Below, in pieces: positions 1 to 9,010 of a stretch of 64,000 nucleotides of DNA. Source of the DNA: a virus; the IMG/VR virus record IMGVR_UViG_3300045988_183511; one strand, 5' to 3'. How positions within the stretch are numbered: position 1 is the stretch's first letter; every line of letters starts with the position of its first letter. Made by a program: the position numbers and the translations under genes. The notes below the pieces were generated by a model, which was not told the DNA's origin, did no database searches, and saw nothing but the letters and a program-made list of their open reading frames with translations.

Positions 1-596
1 AGTTGGCGGGGCTTGCATTCGATTTTCTTGCGAATCCCGCAGGTATTTTCGCCGTTGTAATATAGCAGAACTCCTATACCATCAGGAATCTCATCTTTGA
101 CCTTCTTGTATAGCGCTAACGGCATCGCATAGTAGTTACAGTGCCCCACAAAGTTGTGGCCATGGTCAGAGTGAAAGTCACTCACGGAAACCTTAATTTC
201 CACGCAGGTGATGACGGTGTCAATGGTGTATGTATGTTTCGTCTTATATAGCCTGCAGAACCGTTCCGTACACGGTTCATTACGAAAACTCCAGTTGGCG
301 ATATCTTTAGGGCATGATACTTCCTGCGTCCACTGCTGGACGGACGGCATAACTAAGTCTCTGTCCTCATCCCTGTACATTGAGAGTTTGCAGGTCCCAC
401 ATTTTGTTTCTGATGTGAAGCACTCTTGAACCCGAACGAAGTCAACAAGACCGGATTTTATCGAACCGCACTCGACAGGTACTTCCAGAGCGTCGAAGCC
501 TTGACGGAACGAATCACCCCGGTATCCACCATAGTTGGCAGGATGCCAAACCTTTAGCGCTGATTCTATTTTTTGAGTCAGAAGAGTTTTTGCCAT
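1..596 (-). CDS. hypothetical Cys-rich protein, possible PD-(D/E)xK nuclease fold; C-terminus runs off window start
   Basis: Hand translation of minus strand from ATG at 594-596 (GAGGA RBS 8 nt upstream) gives uninterrupted MAKTLLTQKIESALKVWHPANYGG...CGTCKL...VEIKVSVSDFHSDHGHNFVGHCNYYAMP... to position 1; absent from ORF track only because no stop inside window. Confidence 0.45.
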   Translation of the reverse strand, partial: MAKTLLTQKIESALKVWHPANYGGYRGDSFRQGFDALEVPVECGSIKSGLVDFVRVQECFTSETKCGTCKLSMYRDEDRDLVMPSVQQWTQEVSCPKDIANWSFRNEPCTERFCRLYKTKHTYTIDTVITCVEIKVSVSDFHSDHGHNFVGHCNYYAMPLALYKKVKDEIPDGIGVLLYYNGENTCGIRKKIECKPRQ

Positions 597-610
597 GGCT
601 GCTCCAATCC

Positions 611-904
611 TCATCGAATGATTTCGTGCGCAATAACGTCGGATTCCGTACAAAAGATATCGCTGTAATCGGCCTCATCATTGCCCGCACAGACCTCATG
701 CTGATATGGTGCCGTGCCCTTGCGTTCAATTTCAATGCGCCAGATGCCATCGATATAGCGCACGACAATAATGGTATCGTCGTCCAGGAATAACCGAACT
801 CCCTTGACATCGAAGCAACCAATTTCATCGACCCCATAGTTGGAATTATCCAGGCAGACAAGGTCGTCACTGGACCCATAAATTTTAACCACGTTGCACC
901 TCAC
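611..904 (-). CDS. hypothetical protein (97 aa)
   Basis: ORF track; ATGA start/stop overlap with upstream gene 901..1176; preferred over overlapping 514..879 ORF which looks like out-of-frame noise. Confidence 0.4.
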   Translation of the reverse strand: MRCNVVKIYGSSDDLVCLDNSNYGVDEIGCFDVKGVRLFLDDDTIIVVRYIDGIWRIEIERKGTAPYQHEVCAGNDEADYSDIFCTESDVIAHEIIR

Positions 905-1176
905 ACCATTTTCTGTTCGCTGGTGACAATGCGCGGGATGAATAGAAATTCAGTTTTTCTTGTTTCAGTGTTGGTCCTCCGAATGACCGTGCCATCCCGG
1001 ATGATTTTCACGCCGTCCTTTTTGATGACGGGCTTTTCATCGCCGACAAAGTTCATCAGTTCCAATTCCTCGACAGTATAGTTGTCCCGGTGCAGCCATT
1101 CCGTGAGCTCACCGTCATCGTCGAAAACCGGGACAGCCTCGCTTCCCAGCGTGCTCCTTGCTTTGAATTCATTCAT
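901..1176 (-). CDS. hypothetical protein (91 aa)
   Basis: ORF track; AAGGAGG RBS 7 nt upstream of ATG. Confidence 0.5.
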   Translation of the reverse strand: MNEFKARSTLGSEAVPVFDDDGELTEWLHRDNYTVEELELMNFVGDEKPVIKKDGVKIIRDGTVIRRTNTETRKTEFLFIPRIVTSEQKMV

Positions 1177-1290
1177 AGTTTTCGTCCTCCTTGCAACAAT
1201 TTTCCATGCGTATTATCAGAATTCCGGGATTATATCTGAGCTTTGCAACATTCGTACAGCCGCAAAAAGTCAAGCCGATTTAATTTAGGT

Positions 1291-2157
1291 TTATACCGCC
1301 TTCTTCGTCTTCTTGGTTTCGGGCTTTACGATACCGCCGTTGGCATCGTAGACATTGTATGGGAAGTCACCGTTATTGACGCGCTTAGCGACGCGCTGCC
1401 CGGTGGCAGTCTTATAATACTGGTTCAGTCGGTTTGCAGTACGGAAAAAGGCAAACCTTGCATACTGTGTACCGCGCTTGACACGATTTTCGCGCAGCAG
1501 TTCGTCCCGCAGCGTGATAGCATAATGTTCGGCTTCATTGTTGGTGAACCCCGAATAGAACACGTCCATGAACTTCTCGATATAAATAGCGGGAACATCG
1601 TTCATGGCAGCCACAACGATGGCCGCTGTTGTACCTGCGGAATTGAGTCCCGGCAGCGTAGCCTTCTTGATGCACTTAGTGGCGGATTCGATTTGCGTGC
1701 GGTATTTCATCAGCCATTCGCTCAAAGCTTCCTCGTGACTGAGGTTCGAGCCTGCGAACACGCGGCCGATGAGGTTTGCTGCGGAGAGAATCGTATTGTT
1801 CGTCCAGCTCATATCGTACTCGGACATCTGCACACGGTTCGCCATGGAGCGGATGTTTCCGGAATCGATGTGCTGAGACTTTGCGGCATTAAAGGTCACG
1901 TTCATACGCACGGTCACACCGGACTCGACGATAGCGAGCAGCCGATGCTGTCCGTCAACCAGCGTGCCATCGGAGGCGATGGCAATACCCTGATGCGTAG
2001 TATCCCAATGTCCTTCTCTCATGTCCTTCGCCATCTTTTTGACTTTGGCGACGTTCACGTTCCGATTGTTATCGTTCCTCTCAAGCCATTTTGCTGCCTG
2101 TTCGGGCGAGATTTCGTAGCCATCCCGCGTTCTCTGATTGAAATTATAGCGTCCCAT
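1291..2157 (-). CDS. ParB-like nuclease domain protein
   Basis: ORF track; motif LVDGQHRLLA (ParB N-terminal DGxHR signature); start moved to MGRYNF (ATG 2155-2157, AAAGGAA RBS) because upstream residues of the track ORF look non-coding. Confidence 0.6.
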   Translation of the reverse strand: MGRYNFNQRTRDGYEISPEQAAKWLERNDNNRNVNVAKVKKMAKDMREGHWDTTHQGIAIASDGTLVDGQHRLLAIVESGVTVRMNVTFNAAKSQHIDSGNIRSMANRVQMSEYDMSWTNNTILSAANLIGRVFAGSNLSHEEALSEWLMKYRTQIESATKCIKKATLPGLNSAGTTAAIVVAAMNDVPAIYIEKFMDVFYSGFTNNEAEHYAITLRDELLRENRVKRGTQYARFAFFRTANRLNQYYKTATGQRVAKRVNNGDFPYNVYDANGGIVKPETKKTKKAV

Positions 2158-2375
2158 TTGTGATTCCTTTCTGCCCAAGTAGGCGTGTGTTTGATATTTG
2201 TTATTGATATTCAGAAAAATTCCCTGATTTGTGATTATATTCGTGTTGGTCGAGTTGGCGTGGCTGCATCGAAACAATGCGCAACGTTCTGAGTCTGTGC
2301 ATAACACCTCCTCTCACCAGCGGCGATAAGGCATCCCTGCCGCTGAGATTATGAGTCCTAGCTCTGTCGTCTGAA

Positions 2376-5096
2376 TCAGCCGAAACTAAGCTGCTCCGAG
2401 TCAGTTGAAAAGAAAGCCACCTTTTTCTTAGCCCGTTCTTTTGCGCTTTTGCTCATAGGCTTCTTTGCGCCGTCCAGATGATGCTTGCTCTTGTACGAAT
2501 AGCCTTTCCAGGCAGCTTTGTATGAGAGATATCCGTATCCATTGGCGTTGTCCAGGACCCTATCGGTAGCCGTCTCGACCACAACATAGCGCGGCTGATT
2601 GGGCTTTGAAAGTTCAGGACTCTTCACGACACGGTAACTCTTCTTTTCATCTGCGCCGTACTTGGAGAACGGTAATGTGGATTCCTTTTGGGGTTTGGCT
2701 TTTGCCTTGGTATTTTCGGTATTTCCCTCGACGGAATCCACCAGTTCAGAGTCAAAGAACGCCTCATCGAGCGGCACATTGGAATTGTTCTGCTTATTTG
2801 CTTCTTCGATTTTCTGATACATGGCATCTTCGACACGGCGCATCTTCCAGACCTTGATGAGGACCTTTTCCGGGAACATGATGGCCAGTCCCTTTTCGGC
2901 CAGCATCTTTCGGACAGCAGGCGTAGCGAAAGACTTGTATTTTGCATACGGTCCTTCTTTGTGCTGCTCGATTTCATGGCTTACCTGAGTCATGTATTCC
3001 TCAAACGCCTTGTTCTGGTCGAGCCAGAACTCGACTTCGGAATAAGGAGAATCATGGTCCACGGTTTTTTGAAGTTCGCAACTCTTCGCATAAGCAAGAC
3101 AAGCGTCTTTCACATCGGCAAAACCAAGCCCAAAATTATCGTTCAGAGTGTTTCGGCGTGCTCCATCCATCACGAAATAACGGCTTCCTTGCTTGATGAT
3201 GGCGATACCATCTCCGGAAGTGATGGCGGTGGGTTCTTCCGCATATCCGTCGTCAGTCCAGCGGTCGATAATCGATGCCGTATCCTGTACAAAGCCTTTT
3301 CGGCAAGTGTAATAATCCGCGCCGTTGTAAGCTCGTTTCGTGATGCACTTGAGGATTGCGTCAATCAGAGCGTCCTTATCCTTGATTTTTACGCTGTACA
3401 TCAGGTTACTTTTCACGTTCCAGACAACGCCATATGGAAGACCCAGCGCAATCATAGAACACGCACACTGCAGAAAATGCTTGTGTGCCAGACTGCTGAT
3501 GAACTTGATGCAGTAGACGGTGTTGTTCTTTACGACATCCGCAAGGCCCGAAGTGTAAATCACTTTATGGTCATTAGTATGGATGTCGATATCTCCGCGT
3601 GCCTGAACATACTCATCGGGAGTGAACACGGTGCCAAGCCGCATACTGAGCGACATTTTGGCTTTTGCGCTCACAAAAGGAGGCTTGACCTGTTTTACAT
3701 ACCGGCACTGATTCGTTTCGAGTGCTGTGAGCAGTAGAACCTTATCCTCGACCGTTGCGCCTTTCTTGATTTTCAAATACTGCATGTCCTTGTGTAGGTC
3801 CATGTAATAAGCGAGTGCGTCATCGATATCATAGGAATTAAAGAATCCTGCCTGCATGTAGATGCTGATGCAGGGAGACAAATCAATCATTGCATCTGCC
3901 GTCTGGATATCAATGGTCGTGGTATCATTACGTTCAATCGGTGTGACTTCCAGCAGCTTATAGCAAGCATCCACATCTTCGATGAATTTGTGGTCGAACA
4001 TCTCGGAGAACGAAAACGGATGCCGGAACACGCAATTCATTCCAGTCGGAGTCATCAGGGATTTATCGCTCAACGGATGGTCATAGTTCACGAAGATAAT
4101 CCGCTGCTTTCCTCGACTTGCTGCGACACAAAACAGATTCCGAAGAATCTCATATCGTGACATCGGCTTGCTTGTGCGGGACGACCAGTATTCTTCAGTG
4201 AAATCGAACACGACACAGATAGGTCGCTCCATACCTTTGCTGCCGTCAAATGTTGTGAAGATACCAACATCTGAGGAAGGTGCTACCGCCTTATCCCCGT
4301 CATTGTCCGCGATACTTGCATAGACGTGATGCTTGTCATAGAGGTTTCCGGGGCGATTTTCCAGGTCATTGAGCACCTTTGTCATAGCTCCGATTCGAGC
4401 GCCCAGGCACAAAACATCTTTCGGGTTTTGTTTATTCAGAAACTCCGTCACCTCATCGACTGACATCTGTTCCACGATGCAGGAACCATTTACGCCGTTG
4501 ATGGTCTTGCCCCAGATATTGCCGAGTCTTTCAGCCAGGTTATGGGAAATACGGAAGCATTTCGTGAAAACCACCTGTTCATGGCGGCCGAGAAAATCCT
4601 GCATGAACTCCCAGACATCCAGCGCTGTATCATCGTAGATTTTCTGCTTCATATCGCCCACTGCGACGATTTGAAGGCCCGGATTCTGAGAACGGATATA
4701 TTTGAGCAGTTCTGCAATCTCGTCATTGATATCCTGATACTCGTCAATGATAAGAGTATCAATTGGCGGAATCGGAATTTTCTTTTCCAATACCATAGCG
4801 AGCTGTTCACCCTGCCCGCAATTTCGGATTCCCTTTTTGTTCAGCAGCAGGCTTGCAAATCCATGATAGTTCTGGACCAAGACATTATGATTTTTGATTT
4901 TGTCTTTGGCGTCAAGTTTGAGTAATCGGTTATAGGTCAAGTACAGGATACGCCGTTCTGGAGGGTACGCATCACAGAGCACGTTGATGGTCGATGTCTT
5001 TCCGCTGCCAATGCAGGCGTCACACAATACGTTTTTTCCCGACAATGCCAAATGTACGAATTCCTGTTGTTCGCTTGACAAGTCGTTCAGTGTCAT
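2376..5096 (-). CDS. UvrD/PcrA-like superfamily 1 DNA helicase (about 906 aa)
   Basis: ORF track; Walker A CIGSGKTST, motif II IIDEYQD, VAVGDMKQKIY; start at MTLNDL (AAGGAGA RBS) rather than the track TTG start. Confidence 0.65.
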   Translation of the reverse strand: MTLNDLSSEQQEFVHLALSGKNVLCDACIGSGKTSTINVLCDAYPPERRILYLTYNRLLKLDAKDKIKNHNVLVQNYHGFASLLLNKKGIRNCGQGEQLAMVLEKKIPIPPIDTLIIDEYQDINDEIAELLKYIRSQNPGLQIVAVGDMKQKIYDDTALDVWEFMQDFLGRHEQVVFTKCFRISHNLAERLGNIWGKTINGVNGSCIVEQMSVDEVTEFLNKQNPKDVLCLGARIGAMTKVLNDLENRPGNLYDKHHVYASIADNDGDKAVAPSSDVGIFTTFDGSKGMERPICVVFDFTEEYWSSRTSKPMSRYEILRNLFCVAASRGKQRIIFVNYDHPLSDKSLMTPTGMNCVFRHPFSFSEMFDHKFIEDVDACYKLLEVTPIERNDTTTIDIQTADAMIDLSPCISIYMQAGFFNSYDIDDALAYYMDLHKDMQYLKIKKGATVEDKVLLLTALETNQCRYVKQVKPPFVSAKAKMSLSMRLGTVFTPDEYVQARGDIDIHTNDHKVIYTSGLADVVKNNTVYCIKFISSLAHKHFLQCACSMIALGLPYGVVWNVKSNLMYSVKIKDKDALIDAILKCITKRAYNGADYYTCRKGFVQDTASIIDRWTDDGYAEEPTAITSGDGIAIIKQGSRYFVMDGARRNTLNDNFGLGFADVKDACLAYAKSCELQKTVDHDSPYSEVEFWLDQNKAFEEYMTQVSHEIEQHKEGPYAKYKSFATPAVRKMLAEKGLAIMFPEKVLIKVWKMRRVEDAMYQKIEEANKQNNSNVPLDEAFFDSELVDSVEGNTENTKAKAKPQKESTLPFSKYGADEKKSYRVVKSPELSKPNQPRYVVVETATDRVLDNANGYGYLSYKAAWKGYSYKSKHHLDGAKKPMSKSAKERAKKKVAFFSTDSEQLSFG

Positions 5097-5181
5097 AGCC
5101 AAATTCTCCTTAACAAACAAAATGCCCCGGCAGCATCCAATTCAGATGCCGCCAGGGCACAATTTTTATCTTATTAGGGTT

Positions 5182-5209
5182 ATTATATCTGATTCGCACA
5201 GATGTGCAA
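5182..5209 (-). promoter_or_regulatory. minus-strand promoter, motif family copy (TTGCAC-atc-TGTGCGAAT-caga-TATAAT)
   Basis: read on minus strand; sits about 80 nt upstream of the helicase start. Confidence 0.5.
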
Positions 5210-5225
5210 GCGTTTCCCTCCCCCC

Positions 5226-5272
5226 CCCAAAAAAAGAAAGAAAGACCCTTACCGAATTTCGGTAAAGGTCTT
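5226..5272 (-). terminator. rho-independent terminator after macro-domain gene
   Basis: minus strand AAGACCTTTACCG-AAAT-CGGTAAGGGTCTT hairpin followed by TCTTTCTTTTTTT. Confidence 0.5.
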
Positions 5273-5279
5273 ATTGCTA

Positions 5280-5756
5280 TTATTTCTGGAGTTCCCAAAT
5301 CTCAACATTCAGATTCCAGGCTTTTGCTGCATCGCTGATGATGTCCAGAACCGTGTCCCAGTCGCCTCCGGCAAGGCCGCAGCCTAAACCATATGGCAGC
5401 CGGACGATTGCGCTCTGATTCTTTTGAGCGCAGTCTCTAAAAAACGAGAACAGCGCAGCCGCCAGTGCAGCATAATTCGTCTGCCTTTCACCTCGGCCAT
5501 AACCATTCTGCCCGAACAGATTCACGACATACAGCTTCGGTTCTACCAGAACCTCCTGGTAAGTACCGAGCTTGTTGCCGTTGTTTCCATAGCAAAACTC
5601 CAGATAGCGCTGATATACCACCGGCCATTGGCTGCGAATTTGCATCGCGAGTCCGGCTCCCATCACGCCTTTGCAATTTACTTGCTGGCAAATGTAAGTT
5701 GGCTTACTCGCAGAAAGTCGTGAAAAAATATTGCCGTCGATAAATTTAATGTCCAT
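5280..5756 (-). CDS. macro domain (ADP-ribose binding/processing) protein
   Basis: ORF track; YICQQVNCKGVMGAGLAMQI matches the macro/Appr-1-p fold glycine-rich loop (VNAAN..GGGVAGAI); start set to MDIKFIDG (RBS AAGGGTGG). Confidence 0.6.
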   Translation of the reverse strand: MDIKFIDGNIFSRLSASKPTYICQQVNCKGVMGAGLAMQIRSQWPVVYQRYLEFCYGNNGNKLGTYQEVLVEPKLYVVNLFGQNGYGRGERQTNYAALAAALFSFFRDCAQKNQSAIVRLPYGLGCGLAGGDWDTVLDIISDAAKAWNLNVEIWELQK

Positions 5757-5757
5757 C

Positions 5758-6165
5758 TTACTTACCACCCTTTCCAAATTTCGAAGCATTCCCTGGATAG
5801 ATGGTGTAGTCCGTGCCATAATCAACGTTATTGTCTCGGTATACGAGCTCTACATTCGACATGCTGGTATAGAAAATCTTGTCTCGGTAACGGCTATCAC
5901 CGATTTCAAATTTGATGTTTTGCCCGTTGTCCACGATTTCGTAGCTTACGAGAGCGGATACGGTCCAAATGTTGTCGTAGCGAAAATGAATGTAATTGTA
6001 TTCCGGTTTCATCTCAGCACTTTCCGGTGTGGCCAATATCTGGTTCGGGATATCTTCGAGTTCAGACATTGTGGTACTTGTCACAGTGCTGATTGCGTCC
6101 TCACAGCCAGCCAAAAGTAGAGCCAGGCAGCACAGCACCAAAGCAGTCCCAATAAATTTTTTCAT
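5758..6165 (-). CDS. small lipoprotein
   Basis: ORF track; signal peptide with lipobox LLAGC; GGAGG RBS; stop 1 nt from macro gene start (operon). Confidence 0.55.
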   Translation of the reverse strand: MKKFIGTALVLCCLALLLAGCEDAISTVTSTTMSELEDIPNQILATPESAEMKPEYNYIHFRYDNIWTVSALVSYEIVDNGQNIKFEIGDSRYRDKIFYTSMSNVELVYRDNNVDYGTDYTIYPGNASKFGKGGK

Positions 6166-6188
6166 AGTTATTCCTCCGTCTGATTTTT

Positions 6189-6214
6189 ATTGTACGCAGT
6201 TCGCACAAAAGAAA
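6189..6214 (-). promoter_or_regulatory. minus-strand promoter, motif copy (TTTCTT-ttg-TGTGCGAAC-tgcg-TACAAT)
   Basis: read on minus strand upstream of lipoprotein-macro operon. Confidence 0.45.
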
Positions 6215-6294
6215 AAGCTGCCCAACAGCCATAAGGCCACTGAGCAGCTCAATATAAACCCTATTTTGTGTTTGATATCTGTCGTACAAATCTG

Positions 6295-6322
6295 ATTGTA
6301 CGAGCCTCGCACATCAGGTCAA
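6295..6322 (-). promoter_or_regulatory. minus-strand promoter, motif copy (TTGACC-tga-TGTGCGAGG-ctcg-TACAAT)
   Basis: read on minus strand; tandem with the 6189 copy. Confidence 0.45.
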
Positions 6323-6446
6323 GCCGTGTCGGCAGCTACGCATCCTGGCACCTACGGTTTCTGCGGGCAAAAGGATGCAGCTACGCAAACAAATAAGTCC
6401 TGCCCGCATTTTGCTGCGAGCAGGGTTTGCTTTTGCACTGTTGCGT

Positions 6447-6769
6447 TTAGCCCTCAATGTCGAAAGTGTAGCTTTCCTCTTTCATTGCAACAAGGCCCTT
6501 AAACGTCTGGCACTCGGCGTCGTCCAGGAATGCCTTGATGGTCAGGCTGGTATCCTCGTTATCCAGCCATTCGGGACGCATACGGACAACGAGGTCGTGC
6601 AGCTCTCCGACGACATAGGCCATCAGGTCCTGGTCGCCCAGGGCCTCACCAATTGCTTCATCATCGTATTCGACAGGGAAGCTGATGGAAGCGGCGAGGC
6701 CGTCGAGTTCGTCAAAATCTTTGGGACGGATTACAGTGGCTTCAAGTTTCAGAATGCTAGTGCTCATGT
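6447..6769 (-). CDS. small strongly acidic protein (about 107 aa)
   Basis: ORF track 6447..6902, start reset to MSTSILKL (AAAGGAG RBS); very high Asp/Glu content. Confidence 0.45.
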
Positions 6770-6817
6770 TAAAATCTCCTTTTTTTGTGTGTGGTGGTTT
6801 GTCTTTCAACATTTTTA

Positions 6818-6848
6818 ATTGTACGCAATTCGCACGCTGTAGCAATAC
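6818..6848 (-). promoter_or_regulatory. minus-strand promoter, motif copy (..-gcg-TGTGCGAAT-tgcg-TACAAT)
   Basis: read on minus strand upstream of acidic protein gene. Confidence 0.45.
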
Positions 6849-6982
6849 AAAATTTCTTATATTGGGTTCGCGATTTCTTGTATTTGTCTCAGGACTTAAC
6901 ACAAATCAAGACCTATGAAAGGGTAAAATCCTACACAAATCAAGACCTTAACACACCCCAAAAACAACACAAATCAAGGATT

Positions 6983-7819
6983 TCAGTTTAACCCATCATT
7001 GTCATATTTATCACTTTTGCCCAAATTGCAGACGTCGCAGAGAGTGCGAAGATTTGATGGTATGGTTTGCCCGCCTTTTGATACAGGTAAAATGTGGTCA
7101 ACATGCAAAGTAATGCCATCTTTTGATGTTCTCCCACAAAGTACGCATCGAAATCCATCGCGCTTCATAATGTCATATCTCAAAGAAGGAGTTAAGAGTT
7201 GCCGCTGATATTCTTTGCTTGTCTTTTTCTCTTCTTCTGCATATGACTGACGAATATATGACTCGATTTCATCCATGGTATATGTCATTGTGTCTGTGTA
7301 GCAATTTCGGCCATGAGGTGATGTGTAGGTTTTTATACACGCAAGAATTATATCTGTCGTGGGAATCGGCCACTCATTTTCTGCCCTTTTCAACATCATC
7401 TTCTCAACGGTTTTATAAAGTATTGGCTGCTTTTCGGTATTTCCTTTATCCTCACCGCTATACGCAGGAAGCTTATTGTATTCGCGCATAAATGCTTTAT
7501 ACAACTTTCTGTTCTCAACCACTTTTGCCAAAAATTCTTCTAACCTGTCTCGCCTTGACGAAACCATCGTATAAACGCGCTTATCAAAATTGAAGCGGTC
7601 ATATTTGGCTTTTGTGTCCACAGATATATTATATTTGATAACGTCAGTTACCTGATTGAATTCGTATTTATTAACAAGCTGTTGATATGCCAAATATCGG
7701 TTACTGGAACGCGCAACGAGCTTCTCTAAATAGCACAGATAAAGCAAAAAGATTGTAACAGGAAGAAGTATAATGATTCCCATTTCCATCCACCATACCA
7801 GGCTATTGTAATGAAACAT
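6983..7819 (-). CDS. membrane-anchored HNH endonuclease domain protein
   Basis: ORF track; N-terminal TM helix; C-terminal CVLCGR...HVDHILPVSKGG...NLRTLCDVCN HNH motif. Confidence 0.6.
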   Translation of the reverse strand: MFHYNSLVWWMEMGIIILLPVTIFLLYLCYLEKLVARSSNRYLAYQQLVNKYEFNQVTDVIKYNISVDTKAKYDRFNFDKRVYTMVSSRRDRLEEFLAKVVENRKLYKAFMREYNKLPAYSGEDKGNTEKQPILYKTVEKMMLKRAENEWPIPTTDIILACIKTYTSPHGRNCYTDTMTYTMDEIESYIRQSYAEEEKKTSKEYQRQLLTPSLRYDIMKRDGFRCVLCGRTSKDGITLHVDHILPVSKGGQTIPSNLRTLCDVCNLGKSDKYDNDGLN

Positions 7820-7850
7820 CTTTCTTCTATCCTTTCTGCTATTTACTGCT

Positions 7851-8060
7851 TTACCATTTTTTTCCGCCGTGTATACCGCACACCAGGCAAAACGCCTCGT
7901 CGATGCTCCTGCAGTTCATTGACCTGAACCCATGAGGGCCGGTGCGCATGTTCCCACATAAAGCATAGGTTTCACTCATGCCCCGGCCGCTGACACTGAT
8001 GGCGTTTCCAAAGGCATGAACGGTTGAGCCATCTCGACACATTACAAACATTATACTCAT
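7851..8060 (-). CDS. hypothetical small protein
   Basis: ORF track 7851..8087; start moved to internal ATG because the promoter -10 overlaps the annotated start. Confidence 0.3.
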   Translation of the reverse strand: MSIMFVMCRDGSTVHAFGNAISVSGRGMSETYALCGNMRTGPHGFRSMNCRSIDEAFCLVCGIHGGKKW

Positions 8061-8085
8061 CTCGCTTTCTGTTTCATTTCTTTTC

Positions 8086-8113
8086 ATTCTATGCGAATCG
8101 CACCACGAGTCAA
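8086..8113 (-). promoter_or_regulatory. minus-strand promoter, motif copy (TTGACT-cgt-GGTGCGATT-cgca-TAGAAT)
   Basis: read on minus strand. Confidence 0.4.
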
Positions 8114-8509
8114 TTTAAGACGTTCTAGAATAGGCATTCCATTGGGCGGCTCCCTCCTCTTTAGGCTGCTGCCAGTACAAAAAGAAAAAGACCCACCTGC
8201 TTGTGGCAGGTAGGTCATTTCTTATACTGAGCATTCTATTTCAGGTTTCTCGTTAGAGCCTTCCACCGTTCCTTCAGGCGCTCACCAAACTCTTCAACAG
8301 TCATCCGCTGCATGTGGTCGGAGAAGCTGCTAACCTGCTTGTATTCTAGGCCAATCTTAGTACACCCCTCCTTCAGGTTGGGTAGTTGACTTGTATGAGG
8401 TTCGCATAATCGGTCAACCGTCATACCTCATGAATCCGACCAGACCGGATTTTATTTTTTTTGAAACAAAAAAATAGCCCGCACAGAACTGAATCTGTAC
8501 GGGCTCGTA

Positions 8510-9010
8510 TTAGTCATGAGGATGTTCGTGGCAAGGTTCAGGCGGCATACCATGCGGGTCAGGCTCGGGGAAGTGGCCATGGTCCCCGATGATTTCCGAA
8601 GTACGGATACCGTTTGCTTTCCGGCAAGCCTCGATGGTCTTAGAAAGTACTTCCTTGACATCGCGCGGGTTCCTGATACGACGGATATCGATTTCAGGTG
8701 TCATGGCATCCGTGGAGCAGAGATGGATGCTGCCGACACGGCAAAGGCGCTCATAGAAGTTCTGCTTGAACGCGATTTCGTATATGAGGCTTACATGAAA
8801 ATGCTCAATCCCGCCTACTGGCATGTCTGCATTTTTATCTTTAATTACGAAGTCTAATGGAGTATTTGACCGTGTTGGTTCTACAATGTTATCTCCAATG
8901 ATTTCTTGAATAACATTTTTTGTGTATTCATACTTTGCCGCCGTTCTGGCAATTTTCAGGCACCGTTCTTCCGCGTCATATTGTGCTTGCGGACCATTGA
9001 CATCAATCAT
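8510..9010 (-). CDS. hypothetical protein (166 aa) co-oriented directly downstream of the RM specificity gene
   Basis: ORF track; 4-nt overlap with S subunit gene; His/Pro-rich C-terminus; no recognisable motif. Confidence 0.4.
   Translation of the reverse strand: MIDVNGPQAQYDAEERCLKIARTAAKYEYTKNVIQEIIGDNIVEPTRSNTPLDFVIKDKNADMPVGGIEHFHVSLIYEIAFKQNFYERLCRVGSIHLCSTDAMTPEIDIRRIRNPRDVKEVLSKTIEACRKANGIRTSEIIGDHGHFPEPDPHGMPPEPCHEHPHD

Noticed and set aside
514-879. Track ORF 514..879 (121 aa) as a real gene
   Set aside because: It overlaps 611..904 and the hand-found gene ending at 596 in other frames. Its translation lacks protein-like character, whereas the alternatives have RBSs and operon-style overlaps.
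1243-2163. Long plus-strand ORFs lying antisense to strong minus-strand genes (e.g. 1243..2163, 2688..3737, 10259..11878, 21567..22790, 31338..32948, 44608..45858, 45980..46612, 59439..60626)
   Set aside because: They fully overlap better-supported minus-strand genes with recognisable motifs and RBSs. Their translations are low-complexity or Arg/Ser-rich, as expected for shadow ORFs in coding DNA of this GC content.
2270-2372. 33-aa ORF (MHRLRTLRIVSMQPRQLDQHEYNHKSGNFSEYQ) with GAGGAGG RBS between helicase and ParB-like genes
   Set aside because: Strong RBS but no other support; it could be a leader peptide. Left out of the feature list as too speculative.
5217-5228. Poly-C tract (9-10 C) followed by a poly-A/G tract as a phase-variation switch
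   Set aside because: It is intergenic (between the macro-gene terminator and the helicase promoter), not inside a coding region or a -35/-10 spacer. My own count of the run also disagrees by one base with the ORF track, so its length cannot be evaluated from here.
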